Assembly: GCF_029946505.1 (NCBI RefSeq)
Contig: NZ_JARZHG010000009.1
Coordinates: forward strand, 234,927 to 298,926
DNA: 64,000 nt
Source of the DNA: Polyangium sp. y55x31
Lineage (GTDB): Bacteria > Myxococcota_A > Polyangia > Polyangiales > Polyangiaceae
Direction: 5' to 3'
The translations under genes were made by a program, and so were the position numbers. This document shows positions 60,269 to 64,000 of the stretch, in pieces (positions within the stretch are counted from its first letter, which is position 1; every line of letters begins with the position of its first letter). The notes under the pieces are model-generated. The model searched no databases. It had not been told where the DNA came from and was given only the letters and a program-made list of their open reading frames with translations.

Positions 60269-62266
60269 TCAGAGCTTGAACATGGCCATGGCCGTTTCGC
60301 CGGGACGAACGGTCACGCTCTTCGACTTCGCAGCGCCGCTCGAGGGTTTGCACGTCACCGAGTAGGTGCCGGCCTTGAGCGACAAACGCAGCGACGACGA
60401 CTTGCCCTTCGAGGCCCCGTTCACGGTGAACGAGCACGGACCGCCGACGGCGACGGCGACGAGCGTCCCGTTAGCCGCGGCGGGCGCGGGCGCGGGCGTC
60501 GAGGGCGACTTGCTCGCCGGCTCGGACGCGCCGGAACCCGCTTTCGGCGCGGCTTCGTCCCCACCCGAGGGCGGCGGCGTGGCGGCCGCGACGGCGGATG
60601 CGGAGGACGCCGGCGGCTCGGCCGACGGAGCCGCGGAGGCGCTCTCGGCGGGAGGCGGCGCGGCCGAGGGAGCCGGCGTGCTCGCCGGCACGGCGACGGC
60701 CGAGGGAGCGGGCGTGGCCGCGGGCGGAGGCGTGGGGATCGCGATGGGCCCGTTCTCCTGGGACTGGGTCGTCGTCGTGGCGGTCGGCTCGGATTGCTTG
60801 CGCAGGAGCATGACCATGAGCACGACGATACCGAGCAAGCCGACCGCGCAGAACGCGAGGAGCACGCGGATGACGCGTGAGTTGTCCGGCGCAGGCGCAG
60901 GCGCAGGCGCGGCGGCGGGCGCGGGAGCAGGCGCGGCCGCAGCTACTGGCGCGGCGGCAGGAGCCGGCGCAGGCGCAGCAGCGGGCACAGCAGCCGGCGC
61001 AGGCGCAGCAGCAGGCGCAGGAGCCGGCGCAATCCCGGGCGCAGACGCAGCCGCAGGCGGGATGACGACGGGCCCGGAGAACACCTCCGTCATCGGCTCG
61101 TCCATCGCCACCTGCGCGGGTGCAGCCTGCTGCAGCGCCGCAGCCATGTACCTTTGCGGCATCGGCGCCGGTTGGTTCGCCGAGCCCGGATGTACGCCCG
61201 TCTCGGCGTCCTCGTCGGCGGGCAGGTGCGCGAAGTCGTGCGGCACGACGCCCCCGGCCATCGGCGGCGGGTTCGGCGCGGGCAGCCACGCGCCCGCGGC
61301 GGCCGGGGCCGACGGCGGCGGCGCGGGCGGCGGCACCGATCCGGTCGCCTTCCGCTCGCGCGCGGCCTGCGCGATCTGCCCGATCCGATCCACGAGCAGC
61401 CGGCCCTCGGGCGGCGAGAACGGCAGGAGCGCGTGCGCGAACGCGTGCACGCTCCGGAAGCGCGCCTCCACGTCCTTCGCGAGCGCCCAGCCGAGCACCG
61501 TATCGAGCTCCGGAGACACGTCGGCGCGCAGTTGCGACACGCGCATCGGCTCCTCGCGCGTGATCTGCAGCATCAGATACGCGGCTTCGCCCTGGAACGG
61601 CGGACGACCTGCGAGCATCTCGTAGAGGATCGTCCCGAGCGACCACACGTCCGTGCGCGCGTCGACGTCCTTCGCTTTACGCACGAGCTCCGGCGACGCG
61701 TACGGCGTCAGGCCGAACATCGCCGTCCCCGTGATCTCGCCCGTCGCGTCCTGCGCGCCGCCGAGCAACTTCGCCGTGCCGAAGTCCGTGATCTTGATCA
61801 TCGGCGCGCCGCCGGTCCGTTGCGTCACGAAGAGGTGCGACGGCTCGAGATCGCGCACCACGATGCTGTTCGCGTGTGCCTCGGCCACGGCCTCGCAGGC
61901 TTGCAGCACGAACAGGATCGCGTCGTGCAGCGGCAGCGGCCCGGTCTTGCGGACGTAACGTTCGAGGTCGGTGCCTTCGAGGTACTGCCGGACGAGGTAG
62001 AACGTCCCGTCGGGCTCGTTGCCGACGTCGATGATGCGGGCGACGTGCTCGGAGGCGATCCTCGACAGGGCACGCGCCTCGCGGCGGAAGCGCTCGATCT
62101 CGCGCGCGTCGGCCTGGTGGGGCAGGAGCAGCTTGATGATGGCCCGCTGGTCGAACGCGGTGTGGAACGCGTCCATCGTGAGGCCATGTTTACGCCCGAG
62201 GATGGCGCGAACGCGGTACTTACCGCCGATCAGGGCGCCGGGATGGATGTCGTTGGCGGAGCGCAT
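60269..62266 (-). CDS. Ser/Thr protein kinase with TM and Ala/Pro/Ser-rich extracellular tail
   Basis: ATG at 62266. Catalytic loop VVRDLEPSHL, DFG, APE-like (SPE). Long APAPAAAPA low-complexity region and TM VLLAFCAVGLLGIVVLMVMLL. Alternative ATG at 62374. Confidence 0.85.
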   Translation of the reverse strand: MRSANDIHPGALIGGKYRVRAILGRKHGLTMDAFHTAFDQRAIIKLLLPHQADAREIERFRREARALSRIASEHVARIIDVGNEPDGTFYLVRQYLEGTDLERYVRKTGPLPLHDAILFVLQACEAVAEAHANSIVVRDLEPSHLFVTQRTGGAPMIKITDFGTAKLLGGAQDATGEITGTAMFGLTPYASPELVRKAKDVDARTDVWSLGTILYEMLAGRPPFQGEAAYLMLQITREEPMRVSQLRADVSPELDTVLGWALAKDVEARFRSVHAFAHALLPFSPPEGRLLVDRIGQIAQAARERKATGSVPPPAPPPSAPAAAGAWLPAPNPPPMAGGVVPHDFAHLPADEDAETGVHPGSANQPAPMPQRYMAAALQQAAPAQVAMDEPMTEVFSGPVVIPPAAASAPGIAPAPAPAAAPAPAAVPAAAPAPAPAAAPVAAAAPAPAPAAAPAPAPAPDNSRVIRVLLAFCAVGLLGIVVLMVMLLRKQSEPTATTTTQSQENGPIAIPTPPPAATPAPSAVAVPASTPAPSAAPPPAESASAAPSAEPPASSASAVAAATPPPSGGDEAAPKAGSGASEPASKSPSTPAPAPAAANGTLVAVAVGGPCSFTVNGASKGKSSSLRLSLKAGTYSVTCKPSSGAAKSKSVTVRPGETAMAMFKL

Positions 62267-62372
62267 GACTCGTCGTTGTCGGCGAACCGGATCGCGCGCC
62301 CATTCTTGCATGCCCTCGCCGGGAGGGGTAGGAGCGTCCCGTCCGGGCGCGGAGCGCCCGCGCTCCCGCACC

Positions 62373-62615
62373 ATGAAGCGCTACCAGCCCGGCCCCTACG
62401 ACAACCTCCCCGACGTGCGGGATGGCTTGACCCGCAAGGAACGCATCGTCCTCTGGGTCCTCCACCAGACGCAGGAAGAGCGCGGGGGCCGCAACGTCCC
62501 CACGGCCATGCTTTATGGCCGCGTCGTCGAGTACATCGACATGAGCGTCGAGGAGCTGCAACGCATCCTCGCTCGCCTGGCCGCTCCGCAGGAAAATCCC
62601 CGCGGCAAGCCCTGA
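62373..62615 (+). CDS. small hypothetical protein (80 aa)
   Basis: ATG at 62373. Diverse, protein-like translation (MKRYQPGPYDNLPDVRDGLTRKERIVLWVLHQ…). Convergent with yhbY. Confidence 0.4.
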   Translation: MKRYQPGPYDNLPDVRDGLTRKERIVLWVLHQTQEERGGRNVPTAMLYGRVVEYIDMSVEELQRILARLAAPQENPRGKP

Positions 62616-62628
62616 CGGCCGGCCGCGC

Positions 62629-62931
62629 TCAGCCGGCCTTCGGCAGCGTGATCTTCGGCTCTTTCGGGTGACGCCGGTAGAGCAGGATCGTCCGGCCGAG
62701 CACCTGGACGAGCTCGGCGCGCACGGCGGGCGGGATCTTTTCGGCGAGGTCGCCGCGCTCGTCGGGGCACTCGGTCCCCACGCGCACCTTGACGAGCTCG
62801 TGCTGCTCGAGCGCGTCATTCACGGCGGAGACGATGCCGTCGGTCAGCCCGTGTTTGCCGAGCTGGACCACGGGGTCCAGGTGATGACCGAGCGCGCGCA
62901 GATGGCGGCGCTGCTTTCCTGTCAGGCTCAT
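62629..62931 (-). CDS. yhbY: ribosome assembly RNA-binding protein YhbY (CRM domain)
   Basis: MSLTGKQRRHLRALGHHLDPVVQLGKHGLTDGIV…ELVKVRV matches the YhbY/CRS1 signature. Confidence 0.8.
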   Translation of the reverse strand: MSLTGKQRRHLRALGHHLDPVVQLGKHGLTDGIVSAVNDALEQHELVKVRVGTECPDERGDLAEKIPPAVRAELVQVLGRTILLYRRHPKEPKITLPKAG

Positions 62932-63039
62932 GCGGTCCTCTTTCTCGGCCGACGCGGTCGAGGGACGGCCGGCCTAGTCCCCCGGCCCCTCCACGTCAAG
63001 CGCGCCTGCGCTCCATTGCCGGATGCACCTGCCCCCTCC

Positions 63040-63561
63040 ATGTTCCGCGCGTCCGCGCCGACGAGGCGCGAGAGGGAGGGACGCGTGCAAGAGGAACGCG
63101 TGCAAGAAACGGAACGGATCACGTTCGTCCTCATCGCCGACGCGAGCCGAGCCCGCCTGTTCAAGCGGAGCAACGAGGAGAACGCCTTGCTCGAGCTCGT
63201 CGAGGAGTTCGAGCACCCCGAGAGCCGCGCCATGGCCCGGGATCTCATGGCGGACAAACCCGGCCGCGCCTTCACCGGCGGCGGCCAGGTCGCCGGCCGC
63301 AGCGCCAAGGAGTACGCAACCGACCCGAAGGACGTCGAGGCGCAGAAGTTCGCGCGTAGCCTCGCCGACCGGCTCGCCTCGCTCTACGACGCGCATGCCT
63401 TCCGCGAGCTCGTCCTCGCCGCGCCGCCCAAGTTCCTCGGCCTCTTGCGCGGCACCCTCGCGGCGCACACGAACCACGTCGCCGACGCCGTCGTCGCTTC
63501 CCACGAGAAGGACTACACGCAGCTCGACGTGCGTACGATCGCCGAACGCATTGCCGCCTGA
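63040..63561 (+). CDS. host-attachment-protein-family protein (tentative)
   Basis: ATG at 63040. The core TFVLIADASRARLF…MADKPGRAFTGGG…AKEYATDPKD…FARSLADRL resembles the 'protein required for attachment to host cells' family. Start uncertain; an internal GTG is possible. Confidence 0.55.
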   Translation: MFRASAPTRREREGRVQEERVQETERITFVLIADASRARLFKRSNEENALLELVEEFEHPESRAMARDLMADKPGRAFTGGGQVAGRSAKEYATDPKDVEAQKFARSLADRLASLYDAHAFRELVLAAPPKFLGLLRGTLAAHTNHVADAVVASHEKDYTQLDVRTIAERIAA

Positions 63562-63620
63562 GATCCAGGCACGGAATCGGCGGGCGCACCCGCGCGGGCC
63601 AGGGTATACCGGGCCCCTCC

Positions 63621-64000
63621 ATGAGCGACGTAACCCCGAACCTCAGTGCTTCGCGCATCGTCGACGAGACGTCCGCCGAAGGACCGCGGACGTGGAGGGC
63701 GGAGCTGCGCGAGCTCGCTGCCCTCGGCGGACCGATCACGCTGAGCTTCGTCGCCAATCAGCTCCTCGGGTTCGTCGATACCGCCATGGTCGGCCGCCTC
63801 GGCGCGACGTCGCTCGCCGCCGTCGGCATCGGCAACGGCATCTTCTTCTCGATCACCGTGCTCTTCATGGGCGTCATCCTGGGCATGGATCCGCTCGTGT
63901 CCCAGGCCGAGGGCGCGGGTGATCGCAGCCGCTCCCGCGCCGTCCTCGGCCAGGCCGCGCGCCTCGGCTTCCTGCTGTCGGTCCCGTGCATGGCGCTCAT
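63621..64000 (+). CDS. MATE-family efflux transporter, 5' fragment (continues beyond window)
   Basis: ATG at 63621. …LAALGGPITLSFVANQLLGFVDTAMVGRLGATSLAAVGIGNGIFF… is the canonical first TM pair of MATE/NorM proteins. Open to the window end. Confidence 0.8.
   Translation, partial: MSDVTPNLSASRIVDETSAEGPRTWRAELRELAALGGPITLSFVANQLLGFVDTAMVGRLGATSLAAVGIGNGIFFSITVLFMGVILGMDPLVSQAEGAGDRSRSRAVLGQAARLGFLLSVPCMAL

Noticed and set aside
62266-62374. Extended start (ATG at 62374) for the Ser/Thr kinase
   Set aside because: The extra 36 codons are Arg/Pro-rich and would overlap the start of the small + strand ORF. The kinase G-loop follows the ATG at 62266 directly, so the shorter model is preferred, though not excluded.

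Overview
The window is about 68-70% GC and looks like Myxococcota chromosome. The anchors are a MYXO-CTERM-type C-terminal sorting tail (GCGC motif, TM helix, RRRRQS) on a secreted metalloprotease, a myxobacterial-style Cys-rich repeat lipoprotein, a poly-HAMP hybrid histidine kinase, and two eukaryotic-like Ser/Thr kinases. I call about 48 CDS, one tRNA-Leu(GAG), and several nucleotide-level tandem repeats.

Main content:
- A compositionally atypical (52-60% GC) three-gene island at 1-3400, followed by a pyrimidine-rich intergenic region carrying repeated GGAAAACTTTTCC palindromes.
- A two-gene operon of hybrid histidine kinases (7593-15274, minus strand). The second is a 1.8k-aa poly-HAMP protein built from about 12 near-identical 276-bp units.
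- A divergent locus at 15459-18905: a wHTH regulator, two tandem paralogous 3-TM mini-proteins with overlapping stop/start codons, and convergently a SAM methyltransferase plus a 5-heme cytochrome c.
- A plsB-like acyltransferase with gpsA (GTGA overlap).
- A 2329-aa teneurin-like NHL + YD/RHS polymorphic toxin (27147-34136). Its C-terminal toxin domain is lower in GC and unassigned. A 63-aa, 52% GC putative immunity gene overlaps it by ATGA.
- A 14-kb co-directional envelope block at 39355-53081: lipoproteins, a 2237-aa TPR-like giant, SppA, and a Zn-ribbon/Pro-rich/TPR protein.
- A signalling cluster at 56516-58965 (two overlapping histidine kinases and a divergent response regulator), plus DHH phosphoesterase, YhbY, a host-attachment-like protein and a MATE transporter fragment.

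No CRISPR array, rRNA or intact IS element was seen.

The most plausible undescribed biology is the RHS C-terminal toxin/immunity pair, the regulator plus paired mini-TM plus methyltransferase plus multiheme cytochrome locus, and the low-GC island with its palindrome-rich promoter.
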